Source: the human T2T-CHM13v2.0 reference genome, Homo sapiens. Taken from it: a stretch of 64,000 bases of DNA. The stretch lies in the NCBI GenBank assembly GCA_009914755.4, contig CP068257.2, positions 12,224,001 to 12,288,000 on the forward strand, written 5' to 3'. How positions within the stretch are numbered: position 1 is the first letter of the stretch; every line of letters begins with the position of its first letter. The notes beneath the pieces are model-generated. The model was not told the DNA's origin, ran no database searches, and worked only from the letters and a program-made list of their open reading frames with translations. This document shows positions 27,110-40,745 of the stretch, piece by piece. The position numbers and the translations under genes were made by a program.

Positions 27110-27480
27110 TTTGCAGCACATTTGTTGCACTGAGGCCTGTGCATGCCAGGCAAGGCCAAGCTGACTCAAAGAGCAACCAGCCACCTCTGCAAGGGTGTGC
27201 CAGGAGCCGGTGGACCAGCCACCAACCTTACTCCCTGCCAGTCAGGGTAAATCAGTTATTGTGCCCTGGAGGTAGAGCCCCAGTGCCATCCGCTTTTCCT
27301 CAGGCCTCCACTCCATCAGCTGTCAGGTGGTGGTAACTCAGGCTGTGGGAACCTGGCCATCCCTGTTTCCTTTAAGTGGGGGAGGTTGGTGGCTGGTCCA
27401 CCTGCTCCTGGCACACCCTTGCAGAGGTAACTGGTTGCTCTTTGAGCCAGCTTGGCCTCACCTGGCATACACAGGCCCCG
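27110..27480. repeat. Inverted repeat 2. Arms of about 90 bp lie at ~27115-27215 and ~27385-27480, with a ~170 bp spacer. Its centre differs from that of inverted repeat 1.
   Basis: The sequence 'ccaggcaaggccaagctgactcaaagagcaaccagccacctctgcaagggtgtgccaggagc.ggtggaccagccaccaacc' pairs with the reverse complement of 'ggttggtggctggtccacctgctcctggcacacccttgcagaggtaactggttgctctttgagccagcttggcctcacctgg'. ORFs 26972..27184(-) and 27376..27657(+) share 'GCSLSQLGL.WH.QA'. Confidence 0.8.
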
Positions 27481-28429
27481 GGTACTGACAAGCTGCTCCG
27501 AGTGAGTTTGTCTTGTCTTGGGCCAAATTCTAAGTCTGGCCAGGGCCACAGAAGGCCAAGTCCCCTGGGTGGTAATCCTGGCTGCTGCAGGGGGGCCTAT
27601 GGTGCCCCTCCCCTCCCAGGGCTCAGGATGAGGTCCAACTGGGACAGGATGCTTTAGGTATGGGACTTGTGCCCCAGGAGGGGGCCTCTGTCACACAGGT
27701 TGGGTGAGAAGATGTATGGCATGCTGCTGGCTGCCAGGGCTGTTGGGATGCACGTTCACCCTTCCCTTCAGGGACCTCAAAGTGACCAGCTTCCCCTTTA
27801 AGAATGACTTCCCAAGGCTCAGGAGCCATCTGGGGCTGCAGAGCAGCTGGCCGCATGCTGCCCTGGCTTCTTCCATGTTGTGCTGGTCACTACCCACCAA
27901 GGGGGTTCAGATGCAGGCACGATGCAGGACGGTTGTCTCTGGACCTGTGTCTTGGTTATCATGGAGCTGGACTGGGCCTGGTGACAGGGCCCTGATGGGG
28001 TTGTCCTGGGTGGTCACGGGGGTGATGAGAAAAGATGCAGAATGGAATTGCTGCGAGGATGGATGAGACGACCGTCAGCACAGAACAGGCACCCGGTGAG
28101 TGTTCAGGGATTCCCCTCAGTAGCTGCCCAGAGGCCAAAACCACCCACCTCATAGTGACTGTCCCCAAGCCAGGAGGAAGAGAGGAGAGCAGGTCCCACT
28201 CACCTGAGTCTGATCAGTGAGCTGTGTTGAGATGTGCCTCTCATCTAGAAAACGGTCCTTCACACAGAGCCACTCACGACACTGCTGTGTGTCTCTAACT
28301 GCTCCACAACACAGAGGCGATGGGGACTCAGCAACAGTGACATTGTGGGGTGACACAACCCACCACAATGGAAGCCTGCTTGGGTCAACAGGGCCCAGAG
28401 TCAGTGTCCTCTATCCCCTGAACTGACAT

Positions 28430-28500
28430 GTGTGCATGCAATGTGTTTGTGTATGCATGTGTGCCTGTGTGTGTGTGCGCGCACTTATGTGTGTGTTTGT
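28430..28500. repeat. Imperfect (TG)n / (GT)n microsatellite
   Basis: The sequence is 'tgtgtgcatgcaatgtgtttgtgtatgcatgtgtgcctgtgtgtgtgtgcgcgcacttatgtgtgtgtttgt'. Confidence 0.85.
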
Positions 28501-28799
28501 CTTGCTTCTCTGGACAGGCCTAGCTTCTCCACTCATGGGTGCACCCAGGTCCTCATCACTGTCACCTTAGAGTGGGGATGCAGACAGAGGAGGGGCACTG
28601 CATAATGCTGAGAGGGCTGGCACCCTCTCTAGGTGGAACACTGGTCATTTGTAAAGTTGTAGGTCTGCCAAGCAGTATTGCATTCAACACATCTTCTCAC
28701 TTTCTCTTTCCAGCCACCCTCCAGGGTGCCCTGACTCACCTTCCCTGCAGATGGAGGTGAGGCTCCACAGACAAACCCCCTACCTGAGGTCACACAGTG

Positions 28800-29410
28800 G
28801 CCAGCGGGCCAGGTACTGACCAACCGCCGCTGACCAGGTTCCCAGTGATGAGGCCCCTAATGACCACTCCTCCATTGACCAGGTCCCACTGATCAAGTCC
28901 CCACTGACCATGTCTTCCTAACCAGGCCCGCAGTTAATAGGCCTCATGGGCCGGACTCCACTGACCAATTTTCCACTGACCTGGTCCCCAGTGACAAGAC
29001 CAGGTTTCCACTGACAAGACCACTATTTACCAGGTTGCTGCTCACCCGACCCCCCACTGAACAATTCTCCATGGATGAGTCCCCAGCTGACCAAGCCACC
29101 TCTGACCAGGCCCTCACTGACCAGGCTCCAAGCCACCAAGGCCTCACACTGACCAGGCCCCTGGTATACTGTATATGCCCCACCAACCAGTTTTTCATTG
29201 TTTATGTTCCAACCAATCAGGCCCCACTAATAAGGCCACCACTGGCTAGGTCCCCCCACTGACCAGGCTTCCAATGACTAGGTCACCAGGTCCCCACTGA
29301 TGAGGCCTTTACTGAGGAGCCCACCACTAACCAGGCGCCTGCTGATGAGGTCCCAAATGACTAGGTCCTGATGACCAGGTCACCTCTGACCATGGTCCAC
29401 TGACCAGGCC
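28800..29410. repeat. Degenerate minisatellite with a ~17-18 bp unit related to 'CACTGACCAGGTCCC'
   Basis: The motifs 'gaccaggtcccactga', 'ctgaccaggcccc', 'ccactgacc' and 'gatgaggcc' recur about 30 times across this span. Confidence 0.7.
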
Positions 29411-29504
29411 CCTGAGCAGCCGTGCTCAAAGTCTTATTACAATGTCCCCCTCAGCTCACAGACCCTCCCTCCCTGCATGTGGGCCCAGAGGTCAGGCCCT
29501 GGGG

Positions 29505-29522
29505 TTTTTTTTTTTTTTTTTT
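29505..29522. repeat. Poly-T tract (T18)
   Basis: The sequence is 'gggttttttttttttttttttggg'. Confidence 0.9.
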
Positions 29523-32385
29523 TGGGAAATGGCCTTTCCTCCAAGACACAGGGAGAGACAGTCGGCCTCAGGGTCCAGGTTCCCAGCTCCACACTCACCC
29601 CAAAGGCCCTCTGGGCCCATCTCAAAGGAGACAGTGAGGTGGCCTGGCACTGCCTGGACACACCATCTACCCTATTCCTGAGTGTCAAAGTGTTAGGAAG
29701 GGAGGGACATTTGGCAGATGAGACACACTGTGCTGTTGGGTCTCCCAGGACCCTTCCCACAGAGCCCCGATCTAAAGACACAGCACAGAGGCTACAGGAA
29801 GACTAATCCAGAACCTCTGAGGCTGAGCCAGGGACCACATGAGGACTGTCCCCAGAGAGCCAGAAGGCCCTTTGCTAGTTTCTTGGTACCTCAGTGGATG
29901 CAGCAGCTGTTCTTCTGTTGGGGACCAGTGAGTACACGCTGGGGAGGGCTCGCCTGTGCTTCCTCAGTGGCTCCACCTCTGCTTCTAAAAAAAATTACTC
30001 ATTCCAGCGCTGGGGCAGAGAAAATACAAGATGAGCTTAGAACATCTTGTGCCAGAAAGTAAAAAAGTGCTGACAGAGTAATGGAGACAAATCAAAAACA
30101 CAACAAGTCAGCTTGGAATGTCTACCACTGGCCTAATCTTGGGGAATTGGAGCATCAGAATCATGAGCTTTCCTTCTCCCTTATTTATTGGTTTTATTTC
30201 TCCATGTAGAACAAAGAAGAGAATAAGAAAATAATCATCTGGCAACCATCATAGTAATAATTGTTCAAACACAAGTCATCCATGAAATGCTAAATCTAGT
30301 GGGTTCTGAGGAGTAACCAGATATTTACAGAGCCTCAAAGTATCTCCATACAAAATATGGTTGAACTACAAAAACAAAATAGTAGCATTAGCATGGACAA
30401 ACCTGGCAGGTACTCCTTAAGTCTCCTAAGTAATAAAAACTGTAAACTGCAAATAAGCCTTCGATGACCTTTACTAACCTTTACTAAAGTATCAATGATG
30501 ACTTGGTTGTTTAAACAGCTGATATTTGGGCAATTTGAGTATGTCAAACTAAATAATACTTGTTTTCATTTGCAAGATCCACTTAAAACTTAAGGAGGCT
30601 AAAAAACATCATTTAAAATACCCTATAAATTATCATCGTACATATGATACAAAAATATCCTACTTCAGTAAATATTGTAATGTTATATATTTTATGAGAA
30701 ACAATTAAAATGTGTAAATAGCCCAGTAATAAAGTTTTATAATCTTTTAAATCATACAATTTTTCCTTAAAACTTTATGGCTAAATATTCTCTTCATTAG
30801 ATGTGGCTTACCAGTGGATTCTAGAGAAGAAAATAGATGGGAGCAAGTGTCCAACACAGCAACAGCTAGAAAGAAAAATAAAGAATTATGTCCTTTACCT
30901 AAAGCACTTCAGTTAACTAAATGTGAGTTTAAAAACTAAAGAGTTGTGAACTTTATCAGAGTTTATAAGTATGAGAAATATGTATGTACATTTACAATAC
31001 AAAATTACTATTTAATAATTTACACATGGCATTAATTCTAATTGTGTTTAAATATCAGAGCTTTTTCATTCTTCATTCATGTAATCAACAGCCATGTGCC
31101 AAGGTACTAGAACCAGCACTGGAATTACAAGAGGAAGATGGTGTGGTCCACCTCTCAACAGTCATATGCTATAACCTAAAAAAACAGACAGGCAGGTAAT
31201 GTCCATATAGAGTCATAGATACCATGACAGGTATACAGCAGGGCACTACTGGAACACACAGAAGGGACACCTACCCACTTTTATGTCAACATCATGGGCT
31301 TTCTGATGGAGGAGATATCATAGGTTGATACCTGAAGGACAAGGAAAAGCTTGCCAGATAGAGGGAAGAGGCAAAGGCAAAGAGCCTGAGATGAGGAAGA
31401 GCCCTGCAGAGTTCCACTCCATCAAGTTTGGGCTACAGCAAAGGGTAGAGTGCAGTAAGTGGTGAGAGACAAGGCTGAGTAACTTGACAAGAATTACATT
31501 GACATGGGTGTTTTTATTTCATGGTGAAAAATCTGGAATGTTTCCTGAGAACAAGTGTAAGCCAATGACACAGTAAATGACAGGAGATTTAAAATGTCAC
31601 CTGTCAAGTGACTGCTTATGAAGGGTTATTGCTCAACTAAGCATTTCTGAATGAGTCTAAGGTCTGTTGGCCTTCAATTTCTACCAAAACCCTGAGAACT
31701 TGATGATGCCTGTGTTTTCTGAGAATCGTTTCAGTGTGCTGGCTGACAGTTCCATGAGGATGGCAAAACTTAAGAAAGTGTAGAGCCAGTGAAAAAGAGA
31801 TGCACAGACTTCTTGGGAATTTTTTAAGCTACAGAACATGATGAATTTATGGTGCATAAGTACAGTCTTCTCTGTGAAAGTTTTTGTTTTCACATCTTTC
31901 ATTAGATGTGTGTAAGAAAAAAAATACTTGACGTAGTATCTACTAACCCAAGAATGAAAAGGAATGCCATTTGCTATTTACACTTTATTTCTAAAATAAA
32001 CCTAAATTTAATTAATAAATTTTGGCAACATACTTCTCTTTGTTTCTCTAATTATTTGTTCCACACAGTCCAGCTCCATCTAAAATAAGTAAAAATAATA
32101 ATAATGTTTAAGTTAAACAAGAAACATTATCATGAAAATAATGTATCATTTACAAAATGTGGCCTTTAGTATTTTTAGTGACTAGACATAACTTGAAGTT
32201 TGCTTAAATAGAAAAATAATCACATAAATAAAGTAAAATTTCTACTTATTTTAAGTTTAGATAACAGAGGATGTATATGTGTAATGCTGTTTAGAGTAAT
32301 CGGACAAAAATACAGTTAATATTGATCTATTGCATATACATGATTTTAGAAAGGTAGTGTTTTATTAGTACAAAGGTTAAACAAT

Positions 32386-32730
<345 letters not shown>

Positions 32731-32869
32731 TTAGAAAACTCTGCCCTTTATAAAAGTTTAATCCATTTTTTACTTCAATAAATTTTATCTTAAAAAGAAA
32801 TTTCTATTCTCTACTTATAGTAAACTTTTCTTTCTTTTTTTTTTTTTTTTTAGTTTATATTCTAAATTA

Positions 32870-34012
32870 AGGTGGTACCTCTGTAGGATTCTTCCAAAGG
32901 CATATTGAGGGATGCCGAGGTTTGCAGTACAGTTGAACCCATCACACAGGTAGTGAGCGTAGGACCCAGTAAGTAGTTTTTCAACCCTGGCCCACTCTGT
33001 CCCTCCCTGCTCTTATTTCCTAGTGTCTATTATTCCCATGTTTATGACAATGTGCACCCAATGTGTAGCTTCCACATGAGTGAAAACATGAGATACTTGG
33101 TTTCTGTTTCTGCATTGGTTTGCTTAGGAGAGTGGATTCCAGCTGTATCCATGTTGCTGCAAATGATGTCACTTTGTTCTTTTTATGGCTGCTTAGTATT
33201 CCATGGTATATATGGAATTTTCCAATCTACCTTGGATTTTCAATCTACCTTGGATGCACCTGGATTGACTCCATGTCTTTGCTATTGTGAATAGTGCTGC
33301 AATGAACATACATGTGCATGCATCTTTTTGTTACAATGATTTATTGTCCTTTCAGTATAACCTTAGTATAGTAATGGGGTTGCTGCATCCAATGGTCATT
33401 CTTAGTTCTTAATTTCCAAACTGCTGTCCATAGTAGCAGAATTAATTTGCATTGCCACAAACGGTGTGTGTTCCCTTTTCTCCACAGCCTCCCCAACATC
33501 TTTTATTTATTTATTTATTTATTTTACTTTTTAACAAAAGTCATTCTGACTGGTGTGAAATGGTATCTCACTGATGTTTTGTTTGGCATTTTTCTGATTA
33601 GCAATGGTAAGCATTTGTTAATGTTTGTTGGCCACTTACATGTGTTATTTTGAGAAGAGTCTGTTCATGTCCTTTGCCCATTTTTAATGGTGTTATTTAT
33701 TTTTTGCTTGTTGATTTGTTTAGGTCTCTTATAGATTCTGGATAATAGGATAATATGCATTTGCTATACCCATAGTTTGTGAATATTTTCTTCCATTCTT
33801 TAGGCTGTCTGTTTAATCCCGTGATAGTTTCTCGTGCTGTGCAGCTCTTTAGCTAAATTAGATCACACTTGTCAATTTTTGTTATTCTTGCAATTGCTTT
33901 TGAGGACTTAGCCATAAATTGACAAATATGATGTCTAGAAGAGTATTTCCTAGGTTTTCTTCCAGGATTTTTATAGCCAGAAGATGTACTCTTATGTAAG
34001 AAAAGCACAAGC
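32870..34012 (-). mobile_element. L1 fragment in antisense orientation, covering the ORF2 3' region
   Basis: It matches antisense-L1 hallmarks: 'gtgaaaacatgagatacttggtttctgtttctgcattggtttgct', 'ccatgtctttgctattgtgaatagtgctgcaatgaacatacatgtgcatg', 'agtctgttcatgtcctttgcccatttttaatgg' and 'gctgtgcagctctttagctaaattagatc'. Confidence 0.85.
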
Positions 34013-34015
34013 CTT

Positions 34016-34316
34016 TTTTTTTTTTTTTTTTTTTTTGAGACGGAGTCTCCATCACCCAGGCTATAGTGCAGTGGTATGATCTTGGCTTACTGCAACCTCT
34101 GTCTCCTGGGTTCAAGTGATTCTCCTGCCTCAGCCTCCTGAGTATCTGAGATTACACATGCCTGCCAACATGCCTTGCTAATTTTTGTATTTTTACTAGA
34201 GACAGGTTTCATCATGTTGACCAGGCTGATCTCAAACTCCTGACCTCAGGTGATTCACCTGCCTTGGCCTCCCCAAATTTTGGGATTACAAGTGTGAGCC
34301 ACCACGCCTGGCCAAG
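34016..34316 (-). mobile_element. Alu (antisense), directly abutting the L1 fragment
   Basis: It runs 'tttttttttttttttgagacggagtctccatcacccaggctatagtgcagtgg...gggattacaagtgtgagccaccacgcctggcc'. Confidence 0.9.
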
Positions 34317-34499
34317 CACAAAGCTTTTAACATAAAAATGGAAATGAACATTTTAGTGTTTGGTTTAATTCATAAAATGCAATTATTTTGGATTCTCCTA
34401 AATAATAAACATCCATATGTGGTAAAGTGTTTGGATGCCAATCATTCAGTTGTGATTATGGGTGGGAAGAGTTGAGATGGTGCAAATAAACTTTTTTCT

Positions 34500-34803
34500 A
34501 ATTTTTTATTTTCAAGACGGAGTCTTTCCCTGTTACCCAGGCTGGAGTGCAGTGGTGCAATCTCAGCTCCTGCAACCTCTGTCTCCCAGGTTCAAGCAAT
34601 TCTCTGCCTCAGCCTTCCTAGTAGCTGGGATTACAGGTGCCCGCCACCACACCTGGCTTTTTTTTTTTTTTTTTGTACTTTTAGTAGAGACGGGGTTTCA
34701 CCATCTTGGCCAGGCTGGTCTCGAACTTCTGACCTCGTGACATTCCTGCCTCGGCCTCCCAAAGTGCTGGGATTACAGGCATGAGCCACCGCACCTGCCT
34801 GGT
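34500..34803 (-). mobile_element. Alu (antisense)
   Basis: It runs 'ttttcaagacggagtctttccctgttacccaggctggagtgcagtggtgcaatc...gctgggattacaggcatgagccaccgcacctgcc'. Confidence 0.9.
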
Positions 34804-34825
34804 GCAAAGAAACTTTAAAAGTGAC

Positions 34826-35142
<317 letters not shown>

Positions 35143-35474
35143 CTAAACTACAATCAATTAGAGAGTAAGCCAAAGTATCTCAAAGTATATCATCAGTTAT
35201 AAGGCAATAACATGCAATTTCTAAAACCTAACTTAAATGCAGCTTTTAAAGACATTTTAAACATGTCAGTTTAGTCACATTTATTGAATAAAGTTAGCAA
35301 ATGGATATCTCTCAAAAATGAGAGCTCCAGGGAATTAAAAAATGTAAAGTTCCCATTTCCTTTCTGTGTTAACACAGCTAATTATGATCTTTACTTAACA
35401 TGCATAAGTCAACAGAACAACTCAGTATTTCACCAAATTAAAAACAAGAATTACGCTAGAGAAATGAAACCCTA

Positions 35475-35792
<318 letters not shown>

Positions 35793-37060
35793 TTAAAAAC
35801 TTGCCCTGAGAGTAAACCAAATTACCCACTAAACAGTGTTTTCACACTGAAGATGTGTGAGAGCATACCTATTGTAAGGAATTATACTTTTAAAATCACT
35901 CTAAAGAAGCACCTGTGTTTCTAAGGTGATTTATACTGAAGAAGCAGCTCAAACAAAGTAGACAGGGAAGAGAAATGGCTACCAGTGATGTATGGCTCAA
36001 CGGGTAAAACTTGCTGCCTTCTAAAATGGCTCTACTTGTAAGATTCTGAAGATTCCACTTGAAATACTTGTATTTAAAGGGTAACAACATGGGAAAAGGA
36101 ATATGTTGATTTGCTTGATTATAAGAACCACTTCACTAGAAATAATTATATCAAAACATCATGTTGTGCTCCTTAATGTAGGTTAAGAAAACTAAAATGA
36201 ACAAAAAAAATCTAGGAATACTTGTGTTTAGTAAACCAGTTTCAGGTTTCACGCTTGTACATTTCACCAATTATCTAGGACCAATTAAACATTTGGTAAT
36301 GAGGAATAATTCAGAGCAACAACTCCTAGGGGAGAACTAGATTGTTTGGTTGTTGATCAAAAAGAACTAAAGCATCTCTGAAGGCAATTAGCCCCCAGCA
36401 CTGTGACCAAGGCACTGGAGGTGGGGCTTGTTCTTTTTGCCTTCCACACACCCCTTCAGACTGAACAAGGTGTTATTTTTTAACCGCTTTGTGAATTACA
36501 CTTCTTTAAATTCCTGTGATAATTATTCCCTATTTCATAAGGATGCCTTTCTATAACATCTTGAATATGTTACACAGGTAGTCTTTCTTGAGGCACCCTC
36601 TAGTCATAATACTAAAGATCACAATCAAAAATGATTGTGCCCAGAGTAGCAGTACCACTTGACACTTTGGGTTTAGGTCGTGATCTACTGAAAAATAAAC
36701 TCATTAATATTACTATTTAGGGAAATTCTGACAAGTAATTTAAAACAAGATCACTTTATTAATTATAAAGCTTCAAAAATACTTAGTAAAAAAACTTACA
36801 GATTAACTACAAGAGACTTTTCAGGAGAAAAAAGCCATACAAAAGCAAAAAAAAAAAAAAAAAAATGAGAGGAGAGAGAGAAACTATCCTTGAATAACAT
36901 TTTAAAGGTAAGATTACTTACTAACATTATTTTCCAAAATTACGTTGTCAAATTAGCATTGACTTCCTACTAATATCCTGAAGCCATCTCACTAAAAATT
37001 ATGCTTTCAAAACAAATTAATGAGCTGAATTCATTTTCTATAAGTGTATGTTTGGACTTA

Positions 37061-37267
<207 letters not shown>

Positions 37268-37763
37268 TTATTTCTAAAACAAATGAAAAGAATATATTTT
37301 TAAAACAATTATAACCTAATTATTATATGTTTGTTGCCTTTCATTTTGAGCCAGTGATTCAAGAGCAATTTTGAATATGTTAAAAAAAGAGGCTGAAGCT
37401 TAAAATGTTTATCAGCAGTATCAAAACTAATAACTGAATTCAGAATCAAGTCTGATTTATAAAAATTTGAAACCATAATTATGTTAGTATTAATGTAATC
37501 TGGTCATATAAAAAGCAATAGAATCCATTCATAATTTTAAAAAGTGATCAATGAACAAAGTAGCTTAAGACCAATTCAAAAGTATCACATAATTTCTAAA
37601 TCACAACTTTTTCTTATGCCAACTGGTCTTAATCATCAAATGACTCCATAGTAAGAATCATTACTCTGAAAGATTGATTTTGTTATAATAATGGAAATTT
37701 AAATATTTAAAAGAAAAAACAGATGCCATTTTTTTTTCTAAAACTCTACAAAGCAAATTGCTA

Positions 37764-38249
<486 letters not shown>

Positions 38250-38602
38250 CTATTATCTGTAGTGCAGTAGATTCTTCAAATGTGAACCCTTAAATTACTC
38301 AGAATTTTAAGAACAAAGTTAAAGCTACCATGAGTCACAAAAATACATTATTTAACTATCATCATCTTTGTCACAGAACTTTTGCACTTCATCTTACTTT
38401 TATTTTTCTGATAATTTATTTTTGTTCCTCCTTAAGTAGCACTAAGCTATCTCTTAGTAAAAGGTGTCTATCCCCCTTCCCTCATTATCATTCCCCATAA
38501 TATGTCAAAAAAAGTTTCAGAAATATCACACTGAGTTATTTAGGCCAAAGTCAATAAATGGCTCTAGGAATAAGACTTTGAAAATAATATAACACTCTAT
38601 AC

Positions 38603-38895
38603 TAGGCATGGTGGGTCATGCCTGTAATCCTAGCACTTTAAAAAGCTGTGGCAGAAAGATTACTTGAGGCCAGGAATTTGAGATCAGCCAGAGGAACATA
38701 GTGAGGCCCCCATCTCTACAAAAAAAAGTGTTTTTTAAATTAGCCAGGCATGGTGGCTCATGTCTGTAGACCCAGCTATTTGGGAGACCGAGGCAAAAGG
38801 ATGGTTTGTACCCAGAGTTCAGGGCTGCAGTGAATTATGACCACATCACTGCCCTTCTGCCTGGATGACAGACAAAGACCCTATCTCAAAAAACA
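38603..38895 (+). mobile_element. Alu (older, AluJ-like)
   Basis: It runs 'ggcatggtgggtcatgcctgtaatcctagcacttt...gccaggcatggtggctcatgtctgtagacccagctatttgggagaccgaggc...ctgcctggatgacagacaaagaccctatctcaaaaaac'. Confidence 0.85.
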
Positions 38896-38999
38896 CAAAA
38901 TAATGAATCCTGTAAATAAGTATTCTGATGCCATAAGCCTTTCCTTAAACTGCAAATGTTTCATGCTAATTTGAGTTGCATTTTAAGAAGTAATGATTC

Positions 39000-40745
39000 T
39001 TGGGGTAAAGGTCACAGAATACAGCACCCAGAAATAAATCCACATATTTCCAGCCAAGTGATTTTGGATGAACATGCCAAGAACATACACTGGGGAAAGG
39101 ACAGCCTCTTCAAATGAATGGCACTGGGAAAACTAAATATCCATATGGAGAAGAATGATACTAGCTTCCTATGTAACACCATATAACAACATAAACTCAG
39201 AATCAATTGAAGACTGAAATGTAAGGCCCAAAATTATCAAACTACTATAAGTAAACATAGGGAAAATTCTTGAGGACAGTCTGCACAAAGATTTTTATGG
39301 GTAAGATATCAGAAGCATAGGCAAAAAACAAATGATAGACAAATGGTACTACATTAACCTAAAAAGCTTCTGTCCAGCTAACAACTGAGTGAAGAGAAAA
39401 CTTGTAGAATGGGAGAAAATATCATCAAGCTATTAATCTAATAAGGGACTAATATCCAAAATGTACAAGAAATTCAAACAACTTGACAGTAAAAAAAATC
39501 TGAGTTCAAAATTGGGCAAAATATCTAACTATACTTTTTTTTAGAAAAAAGAAATACAAATAGCCAATAAATAAATTTAACAATGTTCATTATCACTAAT
39601 CCTCAGAGAAATACAAATCAAATCTACAATATGATATAATCTTGCTTCAATTTGAATAAATTATCATCATGGAAAAGATAAAAAAAAAATGCTGGTGAGG
39701 TTCCAGAGAACAGTAAACTCTTATGTGCTGTTGGTGGGAAGGTAAATTAGTGCAGCCACTATATAAAACAACATGAGGTTTCCTCAAAAAATTAATAATG
39801 GAACTGCCGAGGGATCCAGCAAGCCCACTACTGGGTATTCAGGCAATAGAAAGAAAACAATAGATCAAAAGGATGCCTGTCCTCATATGTTTATTGTAGC
39901 ACTAGTCACTACGGCTAATGTATGGAATCAACCTACATATCCATCACCAAAAGAAAAGACAAAAAACTGTGGCACACATACACAATGGAATACTATTCAC
40001 CGTATAAAGGAATTAAATCCTGTTATCGTGGCCACGTGGATCAGTCTGGAGGATGTTATGTTAAGTGCAGACACAGAAAGATAAATACTGCACATTCTCA
40101 CTCCTGTGTGGGAGCTAAAGAAAAATTGAGGGCTGGGCAACATGGCTGATGCCTGTAATTTCCTAGCACTTAGAAAGACAAAGGCAGGAGAGTCACTTGA
40201 GGCCAAAAGTTCCAGAGCACCTGGGCAGCATAGGGAGATATTTCTATAAAGTCAAAAATCAGATGGGTGCAAGGGTGCATGCTCATAATCCTAGCTTCTC
40301 AGGAGGCTGAGGTGTGAGGATCACATGAGCCCAAGAGTTGGGGGCTGCAGTGAACTACGATCAAACTACTGTCTCCCATCTGGGTGACTACAGTTGCCCA
40401 GAGCCCAGACTACACTAGCAAGACCCTGTCTCTTAACAACAACAAAAATCTCAAAGAAGTAGGGGAAGGTAGGTTGGTTAATGGATATAGAATTACAGTT
40501 AGATAAGAAGAATGAGTTCTGGTGTTCTGTGGCATTGTAGGGTGAATATGGTTAACTATGATTTATTGTATATTTTTTAAAAGCCAGAAGATTGTGAATG
40601 TTCACAATTCAAAGAAATGAAAAATGGTTGAAGTAGTAAATGTGCTAGTTAGCTTGATCATTACACCCTATTTACATGTATCAGAATATCACTCTATAAC
40701 CCATAATTATGTATATATGTGTCAATTAAAACAAAAGAGAAGTTA
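39000..40745 (+). mobile_element. L1 3' end (older L1M/L1PB type, sense), interrupted by an Alu at 40127-40448
   Basis: The sequence 'ccaaaagaaaagacaaaaaactgtggcacacatacacaatggaatactattcaccgtataaaggaat...gttatgttaagtgcagacacagaaag' has the L1 ORF2 C-terminal/3'UTR signature. The end, '...atttacatgtatcagaatatcactctataacccataattatgtatatatgtgtcaattaaaac', is L1 3'UTR-like. Confidence 0.8.
40127..40448 (+). mobile_element. Alu (AluJ-like) nested within the L1
   Basis: It runs 'gctgggcaacatggctgatgcctgtaatttcctagcactt...cctagcttctcaggaggctgaggtgtgaggatcacatgagcccaagagttgggggctgcagtgaact'. Confidence 0.85.

Noticed and set aside
26109-30062. Multiple 60-150 aa ORFs in the GC-rich block (for example 29718..30062 and 27704..28066)
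   Set aside because: High GC content inflates ORF length. I could not recognise any domain, and several are mirror images caused by the inverted repeats. I have left them uncalled rather than invent products.
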